Under the pieces are notes generated by a model. The model was not told where the DNA came from, did no database searches, and saw only the letters and a list, made by a program, of their open reading frames with translations. Position numbers and translations under genes: made by a program. Of a stretch of DNA of 64,000 nt, positions 54,256 through 62,201 are shown piece after piece. Source of the DNA: Escherichia phage vB_EcoM_G2494; the sequence record MK327935.1, one strand, 5' to 3'. Within the stretch, counting starts at the first letter, position 1; every line of letters begins with the position of its first letter.

Positions 54256-54810
54256 TTAGTTATTTTTTAATTGCTCATCTTGCAATAGGGCAATCACATG
54301 CTGGCGATGTTCTTCCGATTGAGGCACACCGAAAAAGTTTGTTTTGTAGAAATACTCTAATCGGTCTTCTCGTGTGCTCTCTTCCATCATGATCGCGGGT
54401 AGTCCGAGATTTCGGAAACGTCGCTTTTCTGCTGGCGTAAAATCACTGTAATACATCATAGAATCATCATTACCAGCAATGCTAAACTCATCCTTCATGA
54501 AGGAGAATATTGCGTTTAAACGCTGTTTACCGTCCACGATTTCGATCTCATAGCGAGAGCCATCATCAATCTTAGCCATTGCGATAGCACCAACCGGAAA
54601 ATCATTAATCAGGTTTTCGATAAACATACGTTTGTTTTCGGTGTCCCATACTAAAGGACGCTGATAATCTGGGTTCATGTTGATATAGCCATCTTCTAAC
54701 CATGCATCATAAACAGAGATGACAAAGTTTTTAGTATTGGTATAGTAACGGCGTTTAGGCGTTAAACGGTTCATGTTATAGTCTCCTGAATGGATCATCA
54801 CGTAAATCAA
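54256..54810 (-). CDS. DUF262 / ParB-like nuclease-domain protein
   Basis: 184 aa; NPDYQRPLVW ... IVDGKQRLNAIFSF match the DUF262 N-terminal and DGQQR-type motifs. Confidence 0.55.
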   Translation of the reverse strand: MIYVMIHSGDYNMNRLTPKRRYYTNTKNFVISVYDAWLEDGYINMNPDYQRPLVWDTENKRMFIENLINDFPVGAIAMAKIDDGSRYEIEIVDGKQRLNAIFSFMKDEFSIAGNDDSMMYYSDFTPAEKRRFRNLGLPAIMMEESTREDRLEYFYKTNFFGVPQSEEHRQHVIALLQDEQLKNN

Positions 54811-55105
54811 TATCTTTTAAGAACTCATCCCATGAATGGCGGATATTGTTCTTAATTCTCCAGATAAGAGCAGGGATTGAACGCTCTCCCATCTGGAAGT
54901 ATGGATCATATGATCCGTATGCCCAATATGCTACTACAATTCCACAATCAGCGCAATAGTATTCTATTTCACTTGCTGGCGACAAAAGTCCATCAATATG
55001 ATCGGTGATCTTGCTTTCGATGTTATGGCTATGACAATCAGGGCAACGGATGCAATGACCTTGTTTATCGTAATTTGATGTTAGTGAATACTTAAACAAT
55101 CTCAT
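54776..55105 (-). CDS. zinc-ribbon protein
   Basis: 109 aa; CIRCPDC...CADCG. Confidence 0.45.
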   Translation of the reverse strand: MRLFKYSLTSNYDKQGHCIRCPDCHSHNIESKITDHIDGLLSPASEIEYYCADCGIVVAYWAYGSYDPYFQMGERSIPALIWRIKNNIRHSWDEFLKDIDLRDDPFRRL

Positions 55106-55821
55106 TATAGATCCTTATTTGCTTCAAATACTGCCTTTGCGAATCCTCGCGGGGTAAGTGACCTTATAGTCTTTGTTTTCGTTCCTTTCCCGCCTAGCTT
55201 AGAATGCTGTTTACTGTACCCTTTATTAATCTGCAACGGTTTCTTTTCTGGCATTATAAAGCCTTGTCCGGTCCATAAGCAAGTCTTTTTTGGGTACATA
55301 TCACGGGCGGCAATATACTCAGGAAACGTAGGATGCTTATCATCTTCCGGCAAATAACCGCCATATTCCCACGGATGGAACATATAATCAGGCTTACGCC
55401 ACATGCTAGAGATAACGCTTACAGGATTCTCTATCATGTAGGGAACTCCTAGCCATTCACCCAAATAAGCGGTTATTTTGGCTGCCCTTACATCATGAAC
55501 TTGAATCAATGGTCCTTGTTCTCGTTTCTTTCGTTCAAAGTGCGCAGCGCCACTAACAGCTAAATTGGTGCATGGTGGGAATGCAAAGATAATATCCGGT
55601 TTCCCCCATTCAAGGTCCATTGCTCTTTCTAGCCAGTTAAAATCAATCCATGTGTTTACATAGGTAATGTTTGGATGTTCAAATCTGGTATTATACTTTT
55701 TGTATGTTCCGTGGTCGCCATCGTCAGCATTAAAGCAGATCACCTTATGACCTGCTTTAGCCCATTCTAACCCCATTATCCCCGATCCGTCAAAGTTACA
55801 GAATATTAATTTTTGTTTCAT
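55105..55821 (-). CDS. C5-cytosine methyltransferase-like protein (divergent, short)
   Basis: 238 aa; motif I-like FCNFDGSGIMG, motif IV-like FAFPPCTNLAVSG (PCT instead of PCQ), motif VI-like YMIENPVS, C-terminal RSLTPRGFAKAV; no obvious target recognition domain. Confidence 0.45.
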   Translation of the reverse strand: MKQKLIFCNFDGSGIMGLEWAKAGHKVICFNADDGDHGTYKKYNTRFEHPNITYVNTWIDFNWLERAMDLEWGKPDIIFAFPPCTNLAVSGAAHFERKKREQGPLIQVHDVRAAKITAYLGEWLGVPYMIENPVSVISSMWRKPDYMFHPWEYGGYLPEDDKHPTFPEYIAARDMYPKKTCLWTGQGFIMPEKKPLQINKGYSKQHSKLGGKGTKTKTIRSLTPRGFAKAVFEANKDL

Positions 55822-56063
55822 ATACGCCCCTTTAATCCAACACAGATTTTAGAAGGTTCTTTGCCGTGCCACATTAAGTAAAGTCCGTTAATGCGGCCTT
55901 GTTTTGTATATGATTCTTTTCTGATCTTCTTATAGTGTCGTGCTTCCTCAGCCGATTGTTTAGAATACCAATCATAAAGGAAGAGGCACAAAGGCCACCC
56001 ATTAGCGGCCTTAATGCAGTTATTAAGAAATTCCTTATTGCGTTTAATTAATTTTCTTTTCAC
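55818..56063 (-). CDS. hypothetical early protein
   Basis: 81 aa, overlapping start/stop with neighbours (operon). Confidence 0.4.
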   Translation of the reverse strand: MKRKLIKRNKEFLNNCIKAANGWPLCLFLYDWYSKQSAEEARHYKKIRKESYTKQGRINGLYLMWHGKEPSKICVGLKGRI

Positions 56064-56311
56064 GCTGCCCCCATTGGTTTGATAGTAACAGAATCTAAAA
56101 GACCTTTGTTAGCCAGTTCGCGGCAAGTTTTCAGATCCGCAACTTCCCAGCCAGCCGCAATCAGGTTATCAATGAGGCTGTTAGCAACTTCTTCGCTCAT
56201 GAAAGAGCACTGTTTGCCGATGGTGTAGCGTACACGCTGTAATTTCAGTTTACGGAAGCCTTTAACGTTCAGGTCTTTAGCGATTTTCTTTGCGGTTTCG
56301 ATGTTAGCCAT
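56060..56311 (-). CDS. hypothetical early protein
   Basis: 83 aa, first gene behind the promoter at 56352-56380. Confidence 0.4.
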   Translation of the reverse strand: MANIETAKKIAKDLNVKGFRKLKLQRVRYTIGKQCSFMSEEVANSLIDNLIAAGWEVADLKTCRELANKGLLDSVTIKPMGAA

Positions 56312-56351
56312 TGTTTGATTCTCCTAAGTGGTATCTCGTCTTGATGGTTGT

Positions 56352-56380
56352 ATTGTAGGGGAGTTATCCTCCCCTGTCAA
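56352..56380 (-). promoter_or_regulatory. sigma70-type early promoter with palindromic spacer
   Basis: TTGACA-ggggaggataactcccc-TACAAT on minus strand. Confidence 0.6.
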
Positions 56381-56394
56381 CACTTTTTATAAAA

Positions 56395-56562
56395 TTATTT
56401 GTTAATTTCCGGTGCGTTGCTTGGATAGTAACCTTCTTTAACACCCAGGTATTTCGCAACCATCCCTACAATCTTCTGTGCTACTACAATGTCAAATTTC
56501 AGATAATCTTCGCCGTGGGTTTCAATGATATATGCTTCACATGCTGCTTTAGTCTCGAACAT
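56395..56562 (-). CDS. small early protein (55 aa), paralog of 60188..60355
   Basis: MFETKAACEAYIIETHGEDYLKFDIVVAQKIVGMVAKYLGVKEGYYPSNAPEINK; below ORF-track cutoff; conserved RBS GGAGAATCAAA. Confidence 0.5.
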   Translation of the reverse strand: MFETKAACEAYIIETHGEDYLKFDIVVAQKIVGMVAKYLGVKEGYYPSNAPEINK

Positions 56563-56595
56563 TTTGATTCTCCTATTTCGTTTCGTTATGTGTGT

Positions 56596-56624
56596 ATTAT
56601 AGGGGATCTCCCGATCCCCGTCAA
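56596..56624 (-). promoter_or_regulatory. sigma70-type early promoter with palindromic spacer
   Basis: TTGACG-gggatcgggagatcccc-TATAAT on minus strand. Confidence 0.6.
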
Positions 56625-56637
56625 CAACTTTTTAAAA

Positions 56638-57111
56638 TTATTTGCACCAAATTCGAATGATTTCGTCTCGTTCAAATTTTTGCCAGATTACTCGGTCGCC
56701 CGCTGCCATAATCCTGACAAATCCAGTTATATTTCCGGTGTACTTGCTTTTAGTTTCTGCATCATATTCAAAGAATGGAGCTTTAAGATCGCTAAACTCA
56801 TCTTTTCCCACAAACTTCATAACATGACGGTGTGCGTAATATTCGCTTCTTAGTGTTGTTGTGATAGTTCCGTCATCATTTGATTTCAGATGCAATTCGG
56901 CATCTTCATAAAGACTTGCATCTCGTTGTTTACTTTCGATACCATCATTATATGTTGATTTGGTTGCACTCCAACATTGATATGTCTTATCTACATTTTC
57001 GATCTTTTCCTGTGTCATGTCAAAAAGCGGCGCAACCTTTTTCTTAGCCGCGTGCGCAACGTTGGTCATAGACAGTGCCGCAACAACCGCAATAGCAATA
57101 ATTTTCTTCAT
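56638..57111 (-). CDS. secreted/periplasmic protein
   Basis: 157 aa; N-terminal signal peptide MKKIIAIAVVAALSMTNVAHA. Confidence 0.55.
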   Translation of the reverse strand: MKKIIAIAVVAALSMTNVAHAAKKKVAPLFDMTQEKIENVDKTYQCWSATKSTYNDGIESKQRDASLYEDAELHLKSNDDGTITTTLRSEYYAHRHVMKFVGKDEFSDLKAPFFEYDAETKSKYTGNITGFVRIMAAGDRVIWQKFERDEIIRIWCK

Positions 57112-57172
57112 AATATCATCTCCTTTGGTTTATATGGCGGGAGTATCTTAGCAATACTCCCTTAATACTATA

Positions 57173-57454
57173 TTATTCGTGATTAGTTTCGATGTTGTGC
57201 ATTTTGCACCAGTTCAGCCAATCGCCCAGATCTTGATAGTTGATGCTTTTATCTGCTGCCATCGTTTTTGTCTTGATACCCATATGTGCGTTATGAGTAA
57301 GCATTTTTACAGTGAACTCAATTTTATCACCTTTAGCTTTAACATCAACCAGTTTGGTCCACTGGCTACCAGCGCCGCGAATGTTCATACCAACGATGTT
57401 TCCGATGTATGCTTCTTTGTTTTTCAGGATTTCGGTTGCTTTGATGAATTTCAT
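57173..57454 (-). CDS. hypothetical early protein
   Basis: 93 aa; promoter 57488-57516 and RBS upstream. Confidence 0.45.
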   Translation of the reverse strand: MKFIKATEILKNKEAYIGNIVGMNIRGAGSQWTKLVDVKAKGDKIEFTVKMLTHNAHMGIKTKTMAADKSINYQDLGDWLNWCKMHNIETNHE

Positions 57455-57487
57455 TTTTGATTCTCCAGTTCGTTTCGGTATGGGTGT

Positions 57488-57516
57488 ATTATGCTATGTT
57501 CTTACTTTGGTGTCAA
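57488..57516 (-). promoter_or_regulatory. sigma70-type early promoter
   Basis: TTGACA, 17 nt, CATAAT on minus strand. Confidence 0.55.
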
Positions 57517-57524
57517 CAACTTTT

Positions 57525-57794
57525 TTAGATATTTTCAGAAATAAATTTTAAAACTTGACGTAAATGTTTCTCGTCTTTGATAGTCGCCGGAAGTTCTTCT
57601 TTTACTTCCTGTGCAAGATAGATATTTCCGTTCCAAGTGAAAGATCCGTCTTCGTTTACGCGATAGCTGAACATCCACTCGCAATCATTTTCGATTTCAT
57701 ATACACACAGAAGGGTGTAATCTTCAAAGCTATTGATTTCAAGGTCGAAGCCGTGACGTTTTGCAAAGTTGGTAGTGGTTTTAGTCAGTGCCAT
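57525..57794 (-). CDS. hypothetical early protein
   Basis: 89 aa; RBS GGAGAATCAAACA-ATG. Confidence 0.45.
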   Translation of the reverse strand: MALTKTTTNFAKRHGFDLEINSFEDYTLLCVYEIENDCEWMFSYRVNEDGSFTWNGNIYLAQEVKEELPATIKDEKHLRQVLKFISENI

Positions 57795-57834
57795 TGTTTG
57801 ATTCTCCTAAGTGGTATCTCGTTTCGATGTGTGT

Positions 57835-57863
57835 ATTATGCTATAGGCGTGATCTGGTGTCAA
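57835..57863 (-). promoter_or_regulatory. sigma70-type early promoter
   Basis: TTGACA, 17 nt, CATAAT on minus strand. Confidence 0.55.
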
Positions 57864-57920
57864 TGCCTTTTTTAAAATTTTATGCAATAAAAAAGCCGAC
57901 ACTAAGGTCGGCTAATAAAA

Positions 57921-58229
57921 TCATTTAGACAAATAATCATTCTGTGCAATCCGGTCGGCGTATGCTGGTGTTATGTCAATCGCCAGCACTTTAACGCGTG
58001 CTTTCTTGCGACCTGGGTTTTCTCGTAACCAGTGCTCATGACCGTGAACATTTTTATACTGCGATGCTTCTTCGAAGGTACGGATCGGACCTGGGTAATC
58101 AGCGTAAAGGATCTCTAGATCTTCGGTGATGTAAAAATATACATCGTAATTGCTGTTCTCTAGCTTAAGCAGAGACTTTCGGAACATTGGGAGATTTTCG
58201 CGGGTAAATTCAAAGATATTATCTTTCAT
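57921..58229 (-). CDS. HxHW-family small early protein (paralog 1 of 7)
   Basis: 102 aa; YFYITEDLEILY ... HGHEHW ... VLAIDI. Confidence 0.5.
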   Translation of the reverse strand: MKDNIFEFTRENLPMFRKSLLKLENSNYDVYFYITEDLEILYADYPGPIRTFEEASQYKNVHGHEHWLRENPGRKKARVKVLAIDITPAYADRIAQNDYLSK

Positions 58230-58279
58230 AGTATTATCCTCAATAGTTGGATGAAAAGGGGGGCTTAACGCCCCGTATA

Positions 58280-58567
58280 TTAAAACAGTCCTTCCTGTAC
58301 ACCGTAGTAGAGTTCATCGCTGATAATTTCATTAATGCGACGGTGTGCATATTCCTGATTTGCGAAGTTGTCAGCAAGTTCTACTTTAGTTTCGCCGTCA
58401 TGAGTCCATTTAGTGATAACTTTACCATCTGCAAATTTGAAGTTGAACTCTTTAGCTACCGCATCGCGTACCAGACGTGCAAACTTATTGTTGCGGATTG
58501 CATTGTCGGTTTCGTGTTCAGCGTGAGCGAATTTGTTAACTTTCAGAGTGATAGTAATGTATGCCAT
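58280..58567 (-). CDS. small early protein, AKEFN-motif family (paralog of 61845..62156)
   Basis: 95 aa; ARLVRDAVAKEFNFKF vs AILIREVRKALAKEFNTKI in the other copy. Confidence 0.45.
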   Translation of the reverse strand: MAYITITLKVNKFAHAEHETDNAIRNNKFARLVRDAVAKEFNFKFADGKVITKWTHDGETKVELADNFANQEYAHRRINEIISDELYYGVQEGLF

Positions 58568-58613
58568 AATTTGATTCTCCTAGTTAGAAAGTGTATCTCG
58601 TTTCGATGGGTGT

Positions 58614-58642
58614 ATTATGCTATACACCCGATCTTATGTCAA
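58614..58642 (-). promoter_or_regulatory. sigma70-type early promoter
   Basis: TTGACA, 17 nt, CATAAT on minus strand. Confidence 0.55.
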
Positions 58643-58648
58643 CACTTT

Positions 58649-58927
58649 TTATAAAATAATTTTTTGATATTTTTCTATGATGTTTGTGTAGGTCACATCA
58701 ACCGCGAGCACCGTTGCTTCGAATCCACCGTTTAGCCAATGGCTATGATCGTGATCGTTAAAGAAACCGAGGCCAGTGCGAAGACCTTCTTTATATTCGG
58801 CGCGTACATTCAGTTTGTCGTCGATAAACAGATAAAACCATGAATTTTTACTAGGATTGATGATACAACCTTTCAGATTAGGGAGAATATCACGACTAAG
58901 AATAAACTTATCACCTACTTTGAACAT
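58649..58927 (-). CDS. HxHW-family small early protein (paralog 2)
   Basis: start taken at ATG 58925-58927 (MFKVG; track ORF starts at a GTG at 58942); FYLFIDDKLNV ... HDHSHW ... VLAVDV. Confidence 0.5.
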   Translation of the reverse strand: MFKVGDKFILSRDILPNLKGCIINPSKNSWFYLFIDDKLNVRAEYKEGLRTGLGFFNDHDHSHWLNGGFEATVLAVDVTYTNIIEKYQKIIL

Positions 58928-58931
58928 AATA

Positions 58932-59252
58932 TTAGTCCTCACTTATAAGGTCAAACCAATTGTTTTTCGCATAATGCTTAATGCGTGCTTGATCTGCTTC
59001 CGCTGGTGATAGATTCCATGCGATCACTACAACTTCTGACGCATCGTCATCCGTTTCTGATATCCAATGATTGTGATTCATACAGTTATTTGCTATCGCG
59101 TGAGCAAATGATCTCATTACTGGAGACGTATAATCATAGTAACGGATTTTCAGATTTTCATCAACGTACAAATAGATCGTATAAGGTTTATATTCAGTAA
59201 CCAGTAACAGACAGTTACGCAATTCTGGGAAAATCTTTTTAGTTAATTTCAT
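58932..59252 (-). CDS. HxHW-family small early protein (paralog 3)
   Basis: 106 aa; IYLYVDENLKI ... NHNHW ... VVVIAWNL. Confidence 0.5.
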   Translation of the reverse strand: MKLTKKIFPELRNCLLLVTEYKPYTIYLYVDENLKIRYYDYTSPVMRSFAHAIANNCMNHNHWISETDDDASEVVVIAWNLSPAEADQARIKHYAKNNWFDLISED

Positions 59253-59454
59253 AGTCTATTTCTCCGTAATACACGGTAATCCATTTTTCTTCATACTTTG
59301 TATCTTTCCAACACACAATCCCGTTTACTGTGCAATCTTTGGAATTGACGAATGATTCATATTGTTCTGCGTCTTCCATCATTGCATGAGCGGTCTTTTC
59401 ATCGAATATATCGCAGATCGCTTTATATGCTCAATAATCTTTAAATTTGCTCAT
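59239..59454 (-). pseudogene. tandem paralog of 59457..59666 with in-frame TGA at codon 8
   Basis: MSKFKDY-TGA-AYKAICDIF...AMMEDAEQYESF... parallels MSKFKDYKAYQQILRVY...KMMEDASKCPSF... of upstream copy. Confidence 0.4.
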
Positions 59455-59456
59455 AA

Positions 59457-59666
59457 TTAAGACCACTCAAGAGTTTTTGAAAACACATCTATCCATTGTT
59501 GAGTATATGCGGTTTCTTTCCATGATACAATACCAGTAGAATAATGGTTTTTGTTTCCAGAAAAGGACGGGCATTTTGATGCGTCTTCCATCATCTTTTC
59601 GGCGAACTCTGGTTCGTATACTCGCAAGATCTGTTGATATGCTTTGTAGTCTTTAAATTTGCTCAT
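59457..59666 (-). CDS. small early protein (69 aa)
   Basis: intact copy of a tandem gene pair. Confidence 0.45.
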   Translation of the reverse strand: MSKFKDYKAYQQILRVYEPEFAEKMMEDASKCPSFSGNKNHYSTGIVSWKETAYTQQWIDVFSKTLEWS

Positions 59667-59931
59667 AATCGTTAACTACCTTATCAGCTTCTTTTATTGT
59701 TTTTACATCAACTGCGATAACCCGTAAAGGTTCGTCATGGTTCCACCAATGATCGTGAATATCGGCTTGTGATTTATCACCAAAGGAATCACGAATATCA
59801 TTTTTACATTTATAGCTAATGTGACCTTCATAGTCAACATAAAGGTAATTATCGAAAATCGGCGTTTTTAAGATCATACCGAAAAATCTTTCTTTGTGTG
59901 TCTTATCCAGTGTTGCAGTAATTCGCATCAT
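59653..59931 (-). CDS. HxHW-family small early protein (paralog 4)
   Basis: 92 aa; NYLYVDYEGHI ... HDHWW ... VIAVDV. Confidence 0.5.
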   Translation of the reverse strand: MMRITATLDKTHKERFFGMILKTPIFDNYLYVDYEGHISYKCKNDIRDSFGDKSQADIHDHWWNHDEPLRVIAVDVKTIKEADKVVNDYEQI

Positions 59932-59943
59932 AATATATTCCTC

Positions 59944-60123
59944 TTAGAAAGGGATGGTCATTTCTTGAGCTTGTACATTCTCGTTAGGATTAAACTTCAT
60001 CCAACCGATATTGTCTACCAGCATATGCACATTTTTATCATATCCTACGTGAGTAGTCAACACTAAATGTGATTTACCTTCAACGATGATTTCCATGTAC
60101 TTCTGAACTTCGATAGCTTTCAT
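59944..60123 (-). CDS. small early protein (59 aa)
   Basis: RBS GGAGAATCAAA-ATG; MKAIEVQKYMEIIVEGK...; below ORF-track cutoff. Confidence 0.4.
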   Translation of the reverse strand: MKAIEVQKYMEIIVEGKSHLVLTTHVGYDKNVHMLVDNIGWMKFNPNENVQAQEMTIPF

Positions 60124-60155
60124 TTTGATTCTCCGTTTGTTGTCTTGATGGGAGT

Positions 60156-60184
60156 ATCTTACTACTCCCTTTAATCATTGTCAA
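60156..60184 (-). promoter_or_regulatory. sigma70-type early promoter
   Basis: TTGACA, 17 nt, TAAGAT on minus strand. Confidence 0.4.
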
Positions 60185-60187
60185 CGA

Positions 60188-60355
60188 TTATTTGTTAATT
60201 TCCGGTGCGTTGCTTGGATAGTAGCCTTCTTTAACACCCAGATATTTTGCAACCATTCCGGTGATCTTCTGTGCTACTACGATATCGAATTTCAGGTAGT
60301 CTTCACCGTGGTTTGCTACAATGTATGCTTCGCATTCTGCTTTAGTCTGGAACAT
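60188..60355 (-). CDS. small early protein (55 aa), paralog of 56395..56562
   Basis: MFQTKAECEAYIVANHGEDYLKFDIVVAQKITGMVAKYLGVKEGYYPSNAPEINK; track ORF extended to 60448 runs through the promoter and is rejected. Confidence 0.5.
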   Translation of the reverse strand: MFQTKAECEAYIVANHGEDYLKFDIVVAQKITGMVAKYLGVKEGYYPSNAPEINK

Positions 60356-60389
60356 TTTTGATTCTCCTATATCTCGTTGGTATGTGTGT

Positions 60390-60418
60390 AGTATAGGGGA
60401 TCGGTGATCCCCTGTCAA
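60390..60418 (-). promoter_or_regulatory. sigma70-type early promoter with palindromic spacer
   Basis: TTGACA-ggggatcaccgatcccc-TATACT on minus strand. Confidence 0.6.
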
Positions 60419-60428
60419 CAACTTTTTT

Positions 60429-60737
60429 TTATTCTTCATCTTCATCATTATCTTTATATGCGTACTTCATAAATTTGTCTGCTACTTCGTCCGCGTTTTC
60501 AGGTTCTACGTCTGACGCTAGGACAACAGCTAGTTCGGTTTTGTCGTTTCCATCATACCAATGATTATGAGTGTCGTTTTCTTCGATATAAAACGAATCA
60601 GTTGGAGTTGTGCGACAATATACGTCTAAATTCCCATCGATATAAAAGATCCAATCCGAATACAAAATGATTGTTTTAGCAAGATTTTTATTGTCTCTCA
60701 CAAAAGGTTCTGAGACAAATAGCTTAGTTTGTTCCAT
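60429..60737 (-). CDS. HxHW-family small early protein (paralog 5)
   Basis: start at ATG 60735-60737 (MEQTK) with SD GAGGA; IFYIDGNLDVY ... HNHW ... VVLASDV; acidic tail. Confidence 0.5.
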   Translation of the reverse strand: MEQTKLFVSEPFVRDNKNLAKTIILYSDWIFYIDGNLDVYCRTTPTDSFYIEENDTHNHWYDGNDKTELAVVLASDVEPENADEVADKFMKYAYKDNDEDEE

Positions 60738-60753
60738 AACATTTTCCTCAAAA

Positions 60754-60945
60754 TTATACAGCTTCGTAAACTTCCCAATGTCCAGCGCCAACACGCTTAA
60801 CGAAAAGGTTTTCTTTGATGTTATTCATAAACGTCTGGATGGATTTAATGCGGTTTGAAGGTTTCCAGTCTTCGTTGGAATTGCGTCGATACATCATAAC
60901 ATTACCAGTTCGCTTATATTCAGCAACCATTTTAAGACCATACAT
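60754..60945 (-). CDS. hypothetical small early protein
   Basis: 63 aa ORF ending immediately before RBS of next gene. Confidence 0.35.
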   Translation of the reverse strand: MYGLKMVAEYKRTGNVMMYRRNSNEDWKPSNRIKSIQTFMNNIKENLFVKRVGAGHWEVYEAV

Positions 60946-60996
60946 AATATTATCATCAATTTGTGGGAGAGTATTACCCTCCCGATTATTGTTATA

Positions 60997-61305
60997 CTAC
61001 ATTACGCAAAATGGCGTGTCAATACTTCTTTTTGCTGTTCCGCTAAGATTCTCGATCTCTCCTGGCATAACATCAACCGCCAGAACTTCTACAACATCCT
61101 CTGATCCTAACCAGTGAGTATGACCTTTGTAGAACTTGATATCCCATTTATCGCTATCGCTAGCCCACCACACATCACCGTCTATAAAGTTGATGTAAAG
61201 CACACTACGACACATTGAATTAGTTACTTTCAATACTGCGCCTTTCATCTCTTCCACGGTATGGTCTTCCATTTTGAAGACCTCGCCTACCTTAACTTTT
61301 GCCAT
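60997..61305 (-). CDS. HxHW-family small early protein (paralog 6)
   Basis: start at ATG 61303-61305 (MAKVKVG); LYINFIDGDVWW ... HTHW ... VLAVDV. Confidence 0.5.
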   Translation of the reverse strand: MAKVKVGEVFKMEDHTVEEMKGAVLKVTNSMCRSVLYINFIDGDVWWASDSDKWDIKFYKGHTHWLGSEDVVEVLAVDVMPGEIENLSGTAKRSIDTPFCVM

Positions 61306-61306
61306 G

Positions 61307-61573
61307 TTACATGTTCCGAATATGTTTAGATGCATCTTCCAGTTCGTCGATAGTGACACTGTGAGCCAGTAAGTGTACTGGTTGTGGTTCTTCACCTTCC
61401 ATAGTATTGATCAGATGACCGTTTCCTGGGTGGAATGTATCGTTGCCGTTCCAAATAGCATACACATCATCTTCTGTTACGTAGATAATAAGTCCAATCG
61501 GTGATTCTGGTAATTGAAAAATTTTACCCACTGCATCTTTGCGATTGTCTACGATATCTTTGACTGTCTTCAT
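61307..61573 (-). CDS. HxHW-family-related small early protein (paralog 7, motif degenerate)
   Basis: 88 aa; LIIYVTEDDVYAI conserved strand, GNGHLI in place of HxHW. Confidence 0.45.
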   Translation of the reverse strand: MKTVKDIVDNRKDAVGKIFQLPESPIGLIIYVTEDDVYAIWNGNDTFHPGNGHLINTMEGEEPQPVHLLAHSVTIDELEDASKHIRNM

Positions 61574-61582
61574 TTAGTTACC

Positions 61583-61762
61583 TCTCTTTAAATTACATCA
61601 CAATCACGCCAGCCGTAGAAAGTTGATGTTTCAACTGAGCATTTTCTGCTACTGTCAAATCAATAATTTCTTGTGACGCTGCAATCATATAGCCATTGGT
61701 GATATTGTTTTGCATCAGTTCAATGGTTTCTTCGTTGTAGCGGATTTTAGCGATGATTTCGT
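61583..61762 (-). CDS. small early protein (59 aa)
   Basis: RBS GGAGAATCAATT-ATG; MNFNEIIAKIRYNEETIELMQ...; below ORF-track cutoff. Confidence 0.4.
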
Positions 61763-61806
61763 TGAAGTTCATAATTGATTCTCCTAGTTCGTTTCGGTAT
61801 GTGTGT

Positions 61807-61836
61807 ATTATAGGGGAGTTTAACCTCCCCTGTCAA
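61807..61836 (-). promoter_or_regulatory. sigma70-type early promoter with palindromic spacer
   Basis: TTGACA-ggggaggttaaactcccc-TATAAT on minus strand. Confidence 0.6.
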
Positions 61837-61844
61837 CAACTTTT

Positions 61845-62156
61845 TTAAAGTTTTTCCATGATAACGGTCATAATTACATCTTCTGCGCGAGCGGTCAGAT
61901 TATCAGCGTCAGCATGTGGGCGGTTGGTTGTTACAGAGATAACACCGTTGCGCACTGGTTTGATATTGATATCAAGATGATCCGCGAAACGTTCGCCAGT
62001 TACAGAATGAATTTTGGTGTTAAATTCTTTTGCCAGTGCCTTGCGAACTTCACGAATCAGGATAGCGTTTTTCAGTTGGTTCTCCGCGCTCATGGTCTTC
62101 TGGGTGTTCATGGTTCCGTCGAAGTCAATCATTGGCAGCGTTACGATGTATTTCAT
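61845..62156 (-). CDS. small early protein, AKEFN-motif family
   Basis: 103 aa; paralog of 58280..58567. Confidence 0.45.
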   Translation of the reverse strand: MKYIVTLPMIDFDGTMNTQKTMSAENQLKNAILIREVRKALAKEFNTKIHSVTGERFADHLDINIKPVRNGVISVTTNRPHADADNLTARAEDVIMTVIMEKL

Positions 62157-62201
62157 TTTTGATTCTCCGTTTAAGAAAGTGTGTTTCGTTTTGATGTGTG
62201 T

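Noticed and set aside
60188-60448. Track ORF of 86 aa beginning MMKMKNKKK
   Set aside because: Its N-terminal extension runs through the -10/-35 promoter elements; the conserved RBS and the paralog at 56395..56562 support the 55-aa version starting at 60355.
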